Of a DNA stretch of 64,000 nt, positions 11,050-21,389 are shown piece by piece (position 1 is the first letter of the stretch; each line of letters opens with the position of its first letter). The notes under the pieces are model-generated. The model made no database searches. It saw only the letters and a list, made by a program, of their open reading frames with translations, and was not told the DNA's origin. The stretch comes from an uncultured delta proteobacterium. GTDB lineage: Bacteria > Myxococcota_A > Polyangia > Fen-1088. Both the position numbers and the translations under genes were made by a program. Where the stretch lies: positions 1,280,001 to 1,344,000 of the forward strand of contig CAWCMR010000025.1 in assembly GCA_963796685.1 (NCBI GenBank), given 5' to 3'.

Positions 11050-12285
11050 TCAGCGGCGACCACCCTGCACGTTTTCCGGTGCCGAGGTCACCGAAGCAAA
11101 GCATCCGACCAGACTTCGCGCAATTGTTTCGACGCTGTGAACCTCTGCAACCTCCTCGCGCCCTCGCATGCCCATCTCGGTGAGTCGCTCGAAGGGAGTA
11201 TCGAGAATGCACCGCAGGCCCTCGACGAGAGCGTCCGACGAACCCGCCGGGATAAGCCAGCCGTTCCATCCAGGGTGAACCAACTCCGGAATGCCCGCAA
11301 CGAACGTGCCGAGCACGGGTCGAGCGCGGGCCAAGGCTTCCATGATGACAACAGGGAGTCCCTCGGCCAGGCTGGGCAGGACGAACGCGCAGCTCTGGTC
11401 GAGATTGCTTCTGATGGTCGCGCCATCGGCCCAGCCGAGGATACGCACTGTGTTCTGCAGTTGGTTACGCGCAATGGCGTTTTCGATGTCCGCGCGCAGT
11501 TCCCCGTCACCGATCAGAATTACCTCCATAGGACGTCCCTGGCGATGCAGCTCGGCCACCGCTTCGATCAGAAACAGCTGGCCCTTTTCCGCGGAAAGGC
11601 GACCAATCGAAAGCAGTCGGTGTACCCTGGGTAAGGGAACCAGTGCAGCGTCCAAGAATGCTTCGTCCACTCCGCAACGAATCAGCTTGATCTTGGACCA
11701 TTCCCGCGATGCACAACGTCTATACAGCTGGCTGCGCCCGTAACTACTGATCGCGGCTACGAACGCCGCGCGTGCGATCTTCTCAAAGAGACCGAGCGAA
11801 AAGACGTCCTCGAACTCTTCCGGACCATGGGCCGTAAAGCTATAGCTTGGACCTCCAAGCTCGCGGCACAGCATAGCGACCGTCGTCGAGTTGGTGCCAA
11901 AATGGGCGTGTACATGCTGGATGTTCTCCCGTCTGAACCATCGAAGGAGCACGCACGCTTCAGCAAGATAGATGAGGTTACGGAGAAGTCCGCGTTGCGA
12001 CCGATTTCCCATCCGAACAGCAAGCCAAAGGGCTCGGCAGGATGCAGCCGGTCGCGAGACGGCGGTAGCTAGAAGCGCCAGCAGCAGTCCTCTGGCTCCG
12101 CGATCGAGCACGATGCGAGTCTTCGTAGCCTCTTCTATGTCGACAGGATCGATCAGCTTGTCCGCCGAGCGTCGAATACTGCATCGCAGCACCTCGCATC
12201 CCTGTCGTTCGACAGCAAGAATCTCCCGCCTGATGAAAGCGTGGCTGATCTTCGGATATTGGTTGACGAGGTAAGCGATTTTCAT
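11050..12285 (-). CDS. GT4 glycosyltransferase (WcaL-like)
   Basis: KIAYLVNQYPKISHAFIRREI, HVHAHFGTN, GRLSAEKGQ, SLAEGLPVVIMEALA. Confidence 0.92.
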   Translation of the reverse strand: MKIAYLVNQYPKISHAFIRREILAVERQGCEVLRCSIRRSADKLIDPVDIEEATKTRIVLDRGARGLLLALLATAVSRPAASCRALWLAVRMGNRSQRGLLRNLIYLAEACVLLRWFRRENIQHVHAHFGTNSTTVAMLCRELGGPSYSFTAHGPEEFEDVFSLGLFEKIARAAFVAAISSYGRSQLYRRCASREWSKIKLIRCGVDEAFLDAALVPLPRVHRLLSIGRLSAEKGQLFLIEAVAELHRQGRPMEVILIGDGELRADIENAIARNQLQNTVRILGWADGATIRSNLDQSCAFVLPSLAEGLPVVIMEALARARPVLGTFVAGIPELVHPGWNGWLIPAGSSDALVEGLRCILDTPFERLTEMGMRGREEVAEVHSVETIARSLVGCFASVTSAPENVQGGRR

Positions 12286-12457
12286 CGCCCGTACGCTAGC
12301 ATGCCGCCGCTACTGACCATGGCGCGCGACAAGATCCGCCCGGTCCACGACCATCCGCGTTGGTCAGTCGTCCTTCGAGAGGTAGCAAATCGCAAAAAGA
12401 CCGGTATTCTACGCACCATTCACTACACGATTCTTCATTAGGGATCAGGAATCGCCG

Positions 12458-15400
12458 ATGGATGTCAACCCAGCTCCACCTGTCCTCAGCGAAGATCTAG
12501 CGGCGGCATCGGCCGAGGTCGTGCTTGCGGCCACCTTCACGGTGGACCCTCTGGTCGAGTCGCTCTCCTTCCTGCTGCACGAAGCTGGACTGTCCCTACC
12601 CATCGAAGTGGCTCCCTACGGTCAGGTGTTCCAGCAACTGCTCGATCCTGCGAGCCGCTTCGCGCTCAATCGTGCCGGAGTAAACGTTCTTCTGATTCGC
12701 TTCGAAGACTGGTGGCGCGACGCGCATGGCATCGTCGACAAGGATGTGCTCGAGCGGAACGCGACCGATTTGATATCGGGCTTGAGGGAGGCAGCCAGGG
12801 TCGGTCCGACCCCCATCGTGCTCTGCGTCTGCCCACCGTCCGCGGCGGTCGCGGCCGACGAAGAAACAAAGGCTCTCCTCTGCAAGCTCGCGGACAGGCT
12901 GCATGATGCAATCGACCAAACGCCGGGTGTACGGGTTCTGTCCATGGATTGGGCCCAAGCATGGGATCCCTCGGTGCTCCACGATCCAGAAGGGGATAGT
13001 CTCGGGCACGTGCCGTATACGCGGCGGTTCTTTGCCGCTTTGGGAAGGGAGATCGGCCGTGAGGTTCACGCCCTCAAGACCTCGCCGGTCAAGGTCCTCG
13101 TGCTTGATTGCGACAACACCCTATGGGGTGGCGTGGTGGGAGAAGACGGTCCGGCGGGCATCGAGCTGACGCCTCGCTATCTCAACCTCCAGAGGCTCGT
13201 GCTCGAAAAGAAGCAGAAAGGCATGCTGCTTTGCCTTGCCAGCAAGAACAACGAGGCCGACGTCCTGGAGGTTTTCGAGCAGCGCAAGGACATGCTGCTG
13301 CGCCAGGAAGACATTGTCGCCATGCGCGTGAACTGGCTGCCCAAGTCAAAGAACCTCCAGGCTCTTGCCGACGAGCTGAACCTCGGGCTCGACAGCTTCG
13401 CCTTCATCGACGACAACCCTCTCGAATGCGTGGAAGTCGAAGCCAGTTGTCCGGGAGTGCTTGTCTTGTCGCTGGCCGATGCCCAAGATCCGGCTGGATA
13501 CCTCGGCAACGTCTGGCCGCTCGATGTTCTGTACGTCACCGATGAGGATCGTCGCCGCAGCGAGATGGTTCGCGATAACCTCTCACGCGACCGCTTGGCC
13601 AAGTCTGTTGGGGATCTGGCCAGTTTCCTGGCCGCCCTTGACCTGCGCGTTGACTTTGCCGAACCCCAAACGGGGCAGTTGGCCCGGGTCGCGCAGCTTA
13701 CCCAACGTACCAACCAGTTCAACTTCACCACACGGCGGCGCAGCGAGCTGGAGATCGAGCAACTCGCGAAGCAGGGCCTCGAATGCCGCGTGGTCGAGGT
13801 TCGAGATCGCTTTGGCGACTACGGCTTGGTCGGAGTGGTCATCTTTTCACGGACCCAGGATGCGCTGGTCTTGGATACCTTCTTGCTAAGCTGCCGTGTG
13901 CTCGGTCGCGGCGTCGAGCACGCGATCATGCGTGAGTTGGGAACGCTGGCTCGGGGGCGAGGCCTGGGGCGCATCGAGATTCCGTTCGTTGCCAGCAAGA
14001 AGAACATGCCGGCCCGGCGGTTCTTGGACAGCCTCGAGGCGCAGGAGCGGGATGTACCTGGCGGAGGAGCTCTGTTCACGCTCTCAGTCGAGCGGGCCTG
14101 CGAGCTCGCCTATGCGCCGGAAGGCGAGCCCGTCCAGAATACTGAGGACACTACGCAAAGACCGAGCTTGCCGCCGGAGGAAGGTGTCTCTCGGTCCAAG
14201 CGCTGGAACCGGCTGGCCCGGACCCTCGAGAGCGAGGAGAAGCTCCTGGCAAGCCTGGAAAGGAATAGCCACCGTGCGCGCCTAAGCGGCGAACGTCCGG
14301 TCTTGCCCAAGAGCGAAACCGAACGCAAGCTCGCAGCGATCTGGTGCGAAGTGCTGGGTCTCGATGAGGTTGGTATCCACGACGACTATGTCTCCGATCT
14401 CGGAGGTACGTCCCTTCTGGCCGTTACGATCTTCGCGCGTATCGAGCGCGAATTGGGCGCGCACCTACCCTTGTCCGCGTTGGTGGAAACACCCACCATT
14501 GCCGGCATCGCCCTGCTCATCGATCGGCCACGCGATCGGCGATCGGTGGTGTTGCTCCACGCAGGGGGCCCTGCGGTTCCGCTTTTTCTCGTTCACGACG
14601 CCGATGGCGAGACCTTGCTGTACCGCAACTTGGCGCAACGGCTTGGCGATCGATCAGTCTACGGGATCCAACCTCATGCCCGGCCCGAGATCCCCATCAC
14701 GCACACCAGCATCAGCGACATGGCCGCTCACTATGTTGGGGAGATGCGCAAGGTTCGCCCACAGGGACCCTACCTTCTCGGCGGCTTATGTGCCGGCGGG
14801 GTCATCGCCTACGAGATGGCGTTGCAGTTCGAAGATATGGGCGAGACCGCCAAGCTCGTCGCCGTTTTCGATGCAGCCGCCCCAGAAGCCAAACGTAGAC
14901 CCAGCCTCGAAAACCACCGGCGCCTAGAACGCATTCGCCTGGTCTTGGGTGAGGATTCGCCCGGCAGGGTGGTCCGGACTGTGGCGGGGAAGGTGGGCAA
15001 CTATGCTGCCTTTCAAGTGCACAATGGGATCAAGCACGTCTGGGACCGCGCGGCGGTGGCCAGCTTGCGCTTCTGTCTGGATCGGGGTCTTCCGCTTCCG
15101 CCTTGGGCACGCAGCCTCGACGTGCGCAGCGTCTACAACGTCGCGGAGGCCGAGTACCGTCCGCGGCGGCCCTTGCGCGAAGAAATCCTCCTATTCCGTG
15201 CCAGCGAAGGCGAAGGGACTGAAGAGCCCTACGTTCGTCTCTATGTGGATCCCTTGCTCGGCTGGGGGCAATCCAGCCAGCGCGGCGCACGCGCCTTCGA
15301 TGTCCCGGGCGGGCACGGGAGCATGCTTCAGGAACCAAACGTGGCCGTGCTTGCGGAGATTTTGCGTTCCTATCTCGGGCCCGCCCCCATCGTGACCTGA
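12458..15400 (+). CDS. FkbH-like glyceryl transferase (HAD-IIIC plus GNAT-like) fused to a carrier-protein domain and a thioesterase domain
   Basis: VLDCDNTLWGGVVGEDG (DxDxT), SKNN, FIDDNP, QLTQRTNQFN, DRFGDYGLVG, LLSCRVLGRGVE; carrier DLGGTSLL; TE GPYLLGGLCAGG ... VPGGHGSML. Confidence 0.9.
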   Translation: MDVNPAPPVLSEDLAAASAEVVLAATFTVDPLVESLSFLLHEAGLSLPIEVAPYGQVFQQLLDPASRFALNRAGVNVLLIRFEDWWRDAHGIVDKDVLERNATDLISGLREAARVGPTPIVLCVCPPSAAVAADEETKALLCKLADRLHDAIDQTPGVRVLSMDWAQAWDPSVLHDPEGDSLGHVPYTRRFFAALGREIGREVHALKTSPVKVLVLDCDNTLWGGVVGEDGPAGIELTPRYLNLQRLVLEKKQKGMLLCLASKNNEADVLEVFEQRKDMLLRQEDIVAMRVNWLPKSKNLQALADELNLGLDSFAFIDDNPLECVEVEASCPGVLVLSLADAQDPAGYLGNVWPLDVLYVTDEDRRRSEMVRDNLSRDRLAKSVGDLASFLAALDLRVDFAEPQTGQLARVAQLTQRTNQFNFTTRRRSELEIEQLAKQGLECRVVEVRDRFGDYGLVGVVIFSRTQDALVLDTFLLSCRVLGRGVEHAIMRELGTLARGRGLGRIEIPFVASKKNMPARRFLDSLEAQERDVPGGGALFTLSVERACELAYAPEGEPVQNTEDTTQRPSLPPEEGVSRSKRWNRLARTLESEEKLLASLERNSHRARLSGERPVLPKSETERKLAAIWCEVLGLDEVGIHDDYVSDLGGTSLLAVTIFARIERELGAHLPLSALVETPTIAGIALLIDRPRDRRSVVLLHAGGPAVPLFLVHDADGETLLYRNLAQRLGDRSVYGIQPHARPEIPITHTSISDMAAHYVGEMRKVRPQGPYLLGGLCAGGVIAYEMALQFEDMGETAKLVAVFDAAAPEAKRRPSLENHRRLERIRLVLGEDSPGRVVRTVAGKVGNYAAFQVHNGIKHVWDRAAVASLRFCLDRGLPLPPWARSLDVRSVYNVAEAEYRPRRPLREEILLFRASEGEGTEEPYVRLYVDPLLGWGQSSQRGARAFDVPGGHGSMLQEPNVAVLAEILRSYLGPAPIVT

Positions 15401-15475
15401 GGCGGGGCCCGCGTGAACGACAAGCACCCGCGAGCGCCGCGGAATCCGACTCGTGATATGTAGGAGCTCCTGCTC

Positions 15476-16288
15476 ATGTCCGAGCTCGCCACGACAGCTC
15501 CGGTGACGGACCCCATCCCGATGGCTTCGCTGATGGGACTTCGCCTGGCGTGTATCGACTGCCGCAGTTTGGTTGACCATATCTTCGCGTCGCTGGGCAA
15601 GGGGCGCGGCGGGTGGCTCATCACGGCGAATCTCGACTTCTTGCGCCGCTATGTTGGCGATCCGGAAGCGCGCAGGCTCTACGACGCCGCAGACATTCGC
15701 GTGGCCGATGGCATGCCACTGGTGTGGGCTTGCTCGGTTCAAGGCGACAAGCTTCCCGAGCGCGTGGCGGGCTCGTCTCTGGTTTGGCCGGTGATCGAGC
15801 GAGCCGCTCGAGAAGGGCGTTCTTTGTACCTGCTGGGCGGAGCTCCGGGCGCGAGTGCGCGCGCGGCCAAGGTGCTGGTCGACAAGCATCCCTCCCTCAA
15901 TGTCTGTGGCGCCACCAGTCCCACGCTCGGAAGCCCGCCGTCGTCCAGGGACATCGAGCTTGTCGTGGCCGAGCTCGAGAAGGCAAAGCCGGATATCTTG
16001 TTCGTGGGCTTGGGATCTCCCAAACAGGAACAGCTGATTCGCGTTTTGCGTCAGCACCTACCGTCCACGTGGATGGTAGGCGTCGGCATCAGCTTCAGTT
16101 TCATCGCCGGGGACTTGAAGCGCGCGCCGGCTTGGATGCGAAAGATGGGAATCGAATGGGTCCACCGTCTGATTCAGGATCCCCGACGGCTGACCAAGCG
16201 TTACCTGGTCGAGGACTTGCCGTTTGTCCTGCGGCTGTTTCCCCATGCATTGGGGGTTCGGCTGCAACGCGCCCACAAGCGTGATTAG
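15476..16288 (+). CDS. WecB/TagA/CpsF family glycosyltransferase (GT26)
   Basis: TANLDF, ADGMPLVW, ERVAGS, FVGLGSPKQE, RAPAWMRKMGIEW, RRLTKRYL. Confidence 0.93.
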   Translation: MSELATTAPVTDPIPMASLMGLRLACIDCRSLVDHIFASLGKGRGGWLITANLDFLRRYVGDPEARRLYDAADIRVADGMPLVWACSVQGDKLPERVAGSSLVWPVIERAAREGRSLYLLGGAPGASARAAKVLVDKHPSLNVCGATSPTLGSPPSSRDIELVVAELEKAKPDILFVGLGSPKQEQLIRVLRQHLPSTWMVGVGISFSFIAGDLKRAPAWMRKMGIEWVHRLIQDPRRLTKRYLVEDLPFVLRLFPHALGVRLQRAHKRD

Positions 16289-16300
16289 AACCAGCCCGAC

Positions 16301-17325
16301 TTAGGCGCGCGAAGGCTCTGCAATCTTCACGAGCTGTTTGCCCTGGTTTTCGCCTGTGAAGAGGCGATTGAGGGCTGCGGGAGCGTTCTCGAAGCCATCG
16401 ACGATGTCGACACGATCCTTGAGTCTACCTTCGCACAGCCAGCCGGAGAGAGCGGTGGTTGCCTCAGCAGTCCGATGGGCATAGTCGAGGAAATTGAAGC
16501 CCTCCATCCGACCGCGCTGCACCAGCAGCCGAAGGTAGTTCTTGGGTCCCGGCGGTAGCATCTCGTCGTTGTAGCCAGAGATTGCGCCGCAGATCACGAC
16601 GCGCCCCCTGAGCGCCAGAAAAACCAGAGCCGCGTCAAGAATGACTCCGCCGACATTGTCGAAGAATACGTCGATCCCGCGCGGACACTGTGCCCGCAGT
16701 GCGGTTATGAGGTTCTCGCTCTTGTAGTCGATGGTACCGTTGAACCCAGCTCCTGGGTGAGGTAGCGGCATTTCTCCGATCCCCCTGCGATGCCGACGAC
16801 TCGGCAACCGATGAGCTTCGCGATCTGCCCCACGACAGAGCCCGTGGCTCCCGCGGCGCCTGACACCACGACGGTCTCGCCAGCCTTGGCGCCTCCCACG
16901 TCGAGCAAGCCGAAGTAGGCCGTGAGTCCCGTCAGGCCGAGTGCGCTCATCCCAGTTGGGATGGAGAATTCGTCTGGGATGGTCAGGATGGGGAGACTTT
17001 CAGATTGCTTCGCCACCGCGTAGTCCTGCCAACCAAACAGGCCCTGCACGCGCTGACCAGGCGCAAATCGTGGATCGCGGGACCGCACCACCTCGCCGCC
17101 AGCGAACGAGCGCACGACCCCGCCAAGGGGAATCATTGGCATGTAAGTATCGCGAGCCATCCAGCCTCGCTGGGTTGGATCGCACGACAGGAAGACGTTG
17201 TGCACGAGGATCTCGCCCTCGCCCGGCTCGGGAACATCGGTCTCGTTCAAGCGAAGATCCTCGACGCCGACCGCCCCCTTGGGGCGGCGAGCAAGGAGCC
17301 ATTGCCTATTTATTCCATGCGTCAT
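16301..17325 (-). CDS. NADP-dependent MDR oxidoreductase (CurA/YncB/PTGR1 alkenal reductase family); apparent -1 frameshift near 16743
   Basis: NRQWLLARRPKG, LSCDPTQRGWM, GLTAYFGL, VVSGAAGATGS in one frame; FNGTIDYK, FFDNVGG, CGAISGYN, GENQGKQLV in the other. Confidence 0.9.
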
Positions 17326-17469
17326 CCTGCTTCCTCTGGGCCACATTCTATCTACACAACCACCATCCCGCTACGCTCGCTAGGATTTACCAAGACCCAT
17401 CGCACCGAGCCAATCCAACGTATTGGCATTTGTTCAACGCGATGTCTATGTTTGACGGACTAGGAAATC

Positions 17470-18531
17470 ATGAGCCACAGCTTGCCAAACCTAGCTTCGG
17501 ATCTCCTCCTACTCCATGCTCCTGCATTTTTCGATTTCCGAAATCGGCGCGATATCTATTTTCCATACCTCAGCACGTCTGGGGACGTGCCCATTACGCC
17601 GCTCTACGAGTACTTTCCACTGGGATGGAAGACCCTTCAGCGCTTCTTGTCTGAACGCGACCACAGCGTCCGGATCGTCAACCTGAGTGGCCTGCTGCTT
17701 CGCTATCCTTCATTGTCTGCAAACGCCGTGTTCTCCGCCTTCGATGTGAGGCTACTCGGCATCGACCTACACTGGATGGTCCACGTGCAGGGTTCCCTGG
17801 ACGTCGCCAGCAGGTTCAAGCGCGTGCAGCCCGATGTGCCGGTCATGGCGGAAATGGAGGCCTGGATCGACCGCGCCCTTTCCCTCGGTATCCACAACGT
17901 CGACGTCTGGTTCTTCATCGGCATGCCCGAACAAGACGAGAATGCCGTGAAGGCCGAGGTAGATTATTGTGCACGTCTCCTGGATAAGTTTTCCGGCCGA
18001 CGAGTGACGCCCTTGCTGTGCCCCATGATGCCCTTCCTCGATCCCGCCTCGACTTTCTTCGAGAATCCCGAAGAGAACGGCTACCACGTTTTCTACCGCA
18101 CCGTGGAAGAACACCGATGTGGCATGCAGCGCGCCTCGGTCATCAATCGCATCAACTACGAGACGCGCTGGCTTAGCCGCGCCGACCTGGTGCATGTGGG
18201 GTATCGCGCGGTTGCCGAAGTGATGCATTTGAGAGCGAAAACGCGACAACTGCCGACGAACGTGGCGAAAGCAGTGAGCCACGCCGTGAACGATGCACTC
18301 GCGTTCATCGACGTTGTTCACGAGGCAGACTGCCTGAGCAACCCGGCGGATCGCACCCGCGCCATGGAAGAGCTTGGCGACGGTATCGTCGAGCGCAACC
18401 AAGCGATCTTTTCTTCCGAGGTTGCCAATCAAGCCTTCCCGATCAATCGCCAAATTGGCGGACGCTGGTTTGATGAGATGGGCTGGACGCCGGCTCAACT
18501 CGACTGCGTTCTCCAAGCAGGCAAGTCGTGA
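17470..18531 (+). pseudogene. CloN6/TIGR04190-like B12-binding radical-SAM methyltransferase with an in-frame internal deletion (no CxxxCxxC)
   Basis: N-terminus DLLLLHAPAFFDFR..LYEYFPLG..GIDLHWMVHVQG and C-terminus DVWFFIGMPEQ..PFLDPAS..FENPEENGY match this family as I recall it, but they join directly near 17845 with no radical-SAM core. Confidence 0.65.
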
Positions 18532-18666
18532 GTACGACTTTTCCTATTTCATAACGCAACGGTCCTGTCCCGTGTCGCGGACCGTCGCCGATCATCAAAA
18601 AATCGCCTGGACGGCGACAGCCTGTCCGTTCAACCTTAGACCACAAAGCCTCTGCAGCCCCCTAAC

Positions 18667-19827
18667 ATGCTGTCTTCGTTGAAATTGGATCTTTCCCCGT
18701 CGCAAAGCGAACGCGTTGAAGCGGTTCTGCGTTTCGCACGAACGCGTCTTTCCCCGGGCGCCAGAAAGCGAGAAGCCTCAGGCGCCTTCGATCGCAAGTT
18801 GTGGGACGAATGCTCCGAGTTCGGATTGGCCGGGCTACCCATTCCCGAAGCATGGGGTGGCGGCGGACTTGATGCCGTGGACACCATGCTGGTCGTCGAG
18901 ACCCTGGGTAAGGGCTGCGAAGACGGTGGGCTCGTGTTTTCATTGTGCGCGCACATGTTCGCCTCGGCGGTCCCCATCTGGCGTTCTGGGGCAAAAGAGA
19001 TTCACGAGCGCTACTTGCGCGACATCGCCAGCGGGAAGCTCCTGTGCGCCAATGGCACGACCGAGCCGGAGGCCGGCTCCGATATCTACGCCATGAAGGC
19101 CACGGCCCGTCGCGACGGCAACGACTACGTCCTCGACGGTACCAAGTGCTTCATCACCAACGCCCCGGTGGCCGATCTCTTCCTCGTCTACGCCAAGACG
19201 AATCCCTCGGCTGGCTTCATGGGCGTCTCCGCATTCCTGTTTCCGAGCGCGACCCCTGGCGTTCGGGTCGTGCCCGAACACAGCAAGACCGGACTCAAGA
19301 CCTCGCCGTGGGGGACCATCTATCTCGAAGAATGCCGCGTCCCTGTCGAATCGCGTGTGGGTCCCGAGGGCTCGGGCGCCGCCCTGTTCGGCGAATCGAT
19401 GATTTGGGAGCGCTGCTGCCTGTTCGCCTATTACGTTGGGGCCATGGATCGAACCCTCGAACGATGCGTCGAACATGCGCGCTCGCGCAGCCAGTTTGGC
19501 CATCACATTGCGTCGTACCAGGCCGTTCAGAATCGCATCGTGGGCATGAGGCTGCGCCTGGAAACCAGTCGCCTGCTGCTCTACCGTACGGGCGAGCTGC
19601 ATCGGCAAGGCAAGCGCTGCGACGATGCTGTTGCCATGTGCAAACTGTGGATCTCCGAGGCGGCGGTACAATCGGGGCTTGATGCCATCCAGATTTTCGG
19701 AGGTACCGGCGTGGTTACCGAAACCGGCGTTGATGCATTGTTGCGCGACGCGATTCCAGCGCAAATTTTTTCCGGCACATCGGAAATGCAACGGATGATC
19801 ATCGCTCGCACGATGGGACTTTCCTGA
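18667..19827 (+). CDS. L-prolyl-PCP dehydrogenase (PltE/RedW/CloN3-like acyl-CoA dehydrogenase family)
   Basis: ETLGKGCEDGGLVFSLCAHMFA, TEPEAGSD, GTKCFITNAPVAD, WERCCLFA, IFSGTSEMQR; translationally coupled to an A domain and a PCP. Confidence 0.85.
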   Translation: MLSSLKLDLSPSQSERVEAVLRFARTRLSPGARKREASGAFDRKLWDECSEFGLAGLPIPEAWGGGGLDAVDTMLVVETLGKGCEDGGLVFSLCAHMFASAVPIWRSGAKEIHERYLRDIASGKLLCANGTTEPEAGSDIYAMKATARRDGNDYVLDGTKCFITNAPVADLFLVYAKTNPSAGFMGVSAFLFPSATPGVRVVPEHSKTGLKTSPWGTIYLEECRVPVESRVGPEGSGAALFGESMIWERCCLFAYYVGAMDRTLERCVEHARSRSQFGHHIASYQAVQNRIVGMRLRLETSRLLLYRTGELHRQGKRCDDAVAMCKLWISEAAVQSGLDAIQIFGGTGVVTETGVDALLRDAIPAQIFSGTSEMQRMIIARTMGLS

Positions 19828-21389
19828 TGCGAATCGATCAACTGGTTACGTCCTGGGCCAAGCAATCGCCCGACCATGTCGCGGTGGACAGCGCGATGGA
19901 GGCTATGTCCTACGTAGAGCTCGAGGCATTGGCCAATCGCTTCGCCAATCTTTTCAGAGCCACCGGGGTCGTTTTCGGCGACCGGGTGGGTGTGCACATG
20001 CCCCGTTCTGGTCGCACCATTGCAGCCATGCTCGGTGCAGCCCGCGCCGGTGCAGTCTACGTGCCGCTCGATCCCAGCTCGCCGCCTGCGCGCATGAAGA
20101 CCATCATCGCCGATTGTGGCCTGCGCCACGTGGTTATTGCGCCAACGCTGCTAGCCAATTGGATTGCGGGCTCGGCGCATACCGGGGTCCAGCATTTCTT
20201 CCTCTCTGCGGAGGCGCCCCCGCCAGTCATATCAGCGCAAGTGCACACCTGGTCCGAGGTACAGACTGCTAGCGCCAAGCCGCTTGCATTGGTCAACCCA
20301 TCGCCGGATGACCTCGCCTACCTCCTCTACACGTCGGGCTCCACCGGAATCCCCAAAGGTGTGATGATCTCGCATCGCAATGCCCTTGCTTTCTCGGAGT
20401 GGGCTGCCGACTTGATCGCGCTCAATCCCGAGGACCGCGTGGCCAGCGTAGCGCCTTTCCACTTCGATCTGTCGGTGTTCGACATCTGGGCCACCCTGTC
20501 GCGCGGTGCCACCCTGGTCATCGTCGACGAAGCCACCGTGCTCTCGGGACGGCGCATGGTCGACACCATCGTCGCAAAGTCCATCACGGTTTGGTATTCG
20601 GTACCGTCCGCGCTCATCCTGATGCTCGACCATGGCGGGCTGGCCGAACGGGGCGCACCATCACTGCGCGTCATCTTCTTCGCGGGCGAAGTGTTCCCCA
20701 TCAAGTACTTGCGCCGGACAATGGTTGCCCTACCGCGGGTGCGCTTCTTCAACCTGTTCGGTCCCACCGAGACCAACGTATGCCTAGCGTACGAGGTCCC
20801 TGAGCCGCCACCGTTGGAAGCCACAGCCATTCCCATCGGCCTCCCGAGCTGCGGTGACGCGATCGCGGTCCTCGATGAACGCGGTCGCACCGTTCCCGAT
20901 GACGAGATCGGCGAGCTCTTCGTCGAAGGGCCCACGGTGATGATCGGCTACTGGAACGGCGGACAGCCCGCCCTCGTCCGCGGCCCCTACCCTACGGGCG
21001 ATTTCGTGTCTCGCCGTCCGGGGGGCGAAATCATGTACCACGGGCGGCGCGATCACATGGTCAAGATCCGTGGCTTCCGCATCGAGCTGGCCGAGGTCGA
21101 GGCAGCATTGATGCAACACCCGGGTATTCGCGAGGCCATCGCCTTTGCCGTCGAACAGCGCCTAGTGGCTGCCATCCTACCTTCGGATCCCGATCTGTCC
21201 GTTCTGGCGATCAAGCACCATTGCGCCAACCGCCTTCCCCCCTACATGATTCCTTCCGACGTGAGGCTGCTCGCCGAGATGCCGCGTACGTCGAGCGGCA
21301 AGATCGATCGAGTCCGCCTGAGAGCGGACTTAACGGGTGGTGCAGCACAACCTGCCGCCGTCTATCAGGAAGAATCGAGGTCGCTCTAA
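19827..21389 (+). CDS. Stand-alone adenylation enzyme, L-proline--PCP ligase (PltF/RedM/CloN4-like)
   Basis: YTSGSTGIPKG, HFDLSVFD, TVWYSVPS, FFAGEVFP, NLFGPTETNVC, TSSGKIDR. Hand-read specificity code DLFYFALVCK resembles the DLLYLALVCK code of pyrrole-pathway Pro ligases. Confidence 0.85.
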   Translation: MRIDQLVTSWAKQSPDHVAVDSAMEAMSYVELEALANRFANLFRATGVVFGDRVGVHMPRSGRTIAAMLGAARAGAVYVPLDPSSPPARMKTIIADCGLRHVVIAPTLLANWIAGSAHTGVQHFFLSAEAPPPVISAQVHTWSEVQTASAKPLALVNPSPDDLAYLLYTSGSTGIPKGVMISHRNALAFSEWAADLIALNPEDRVASVAPFHFDLSVFDIWATLSRGATLVIVDEATVLSGRRMVDTIVAKSITVWYSVPSALILMLDHGGLAERGAPSLRVIFFAGEVFPIKYLRRTMVALPRVRFFNLFGPTETNVCLAYEVPEPPPLEATAIPIGLPSCGDAIAVLDERGRTVPDDEIGELFVEGPTVMIGYWNGGQPALVRGPYPTGDFVSRRPGGEIMYHGRRDHMVKIRGFRIELAEVEAALMQHPGIREAIAFAVEQRLVAAILPSDPDLSVLAIKHHCANRLPPYMIPSDVRLLAEMPRTSSGKIDRVRLRADLTGGAAQPAAVYQEESRSL

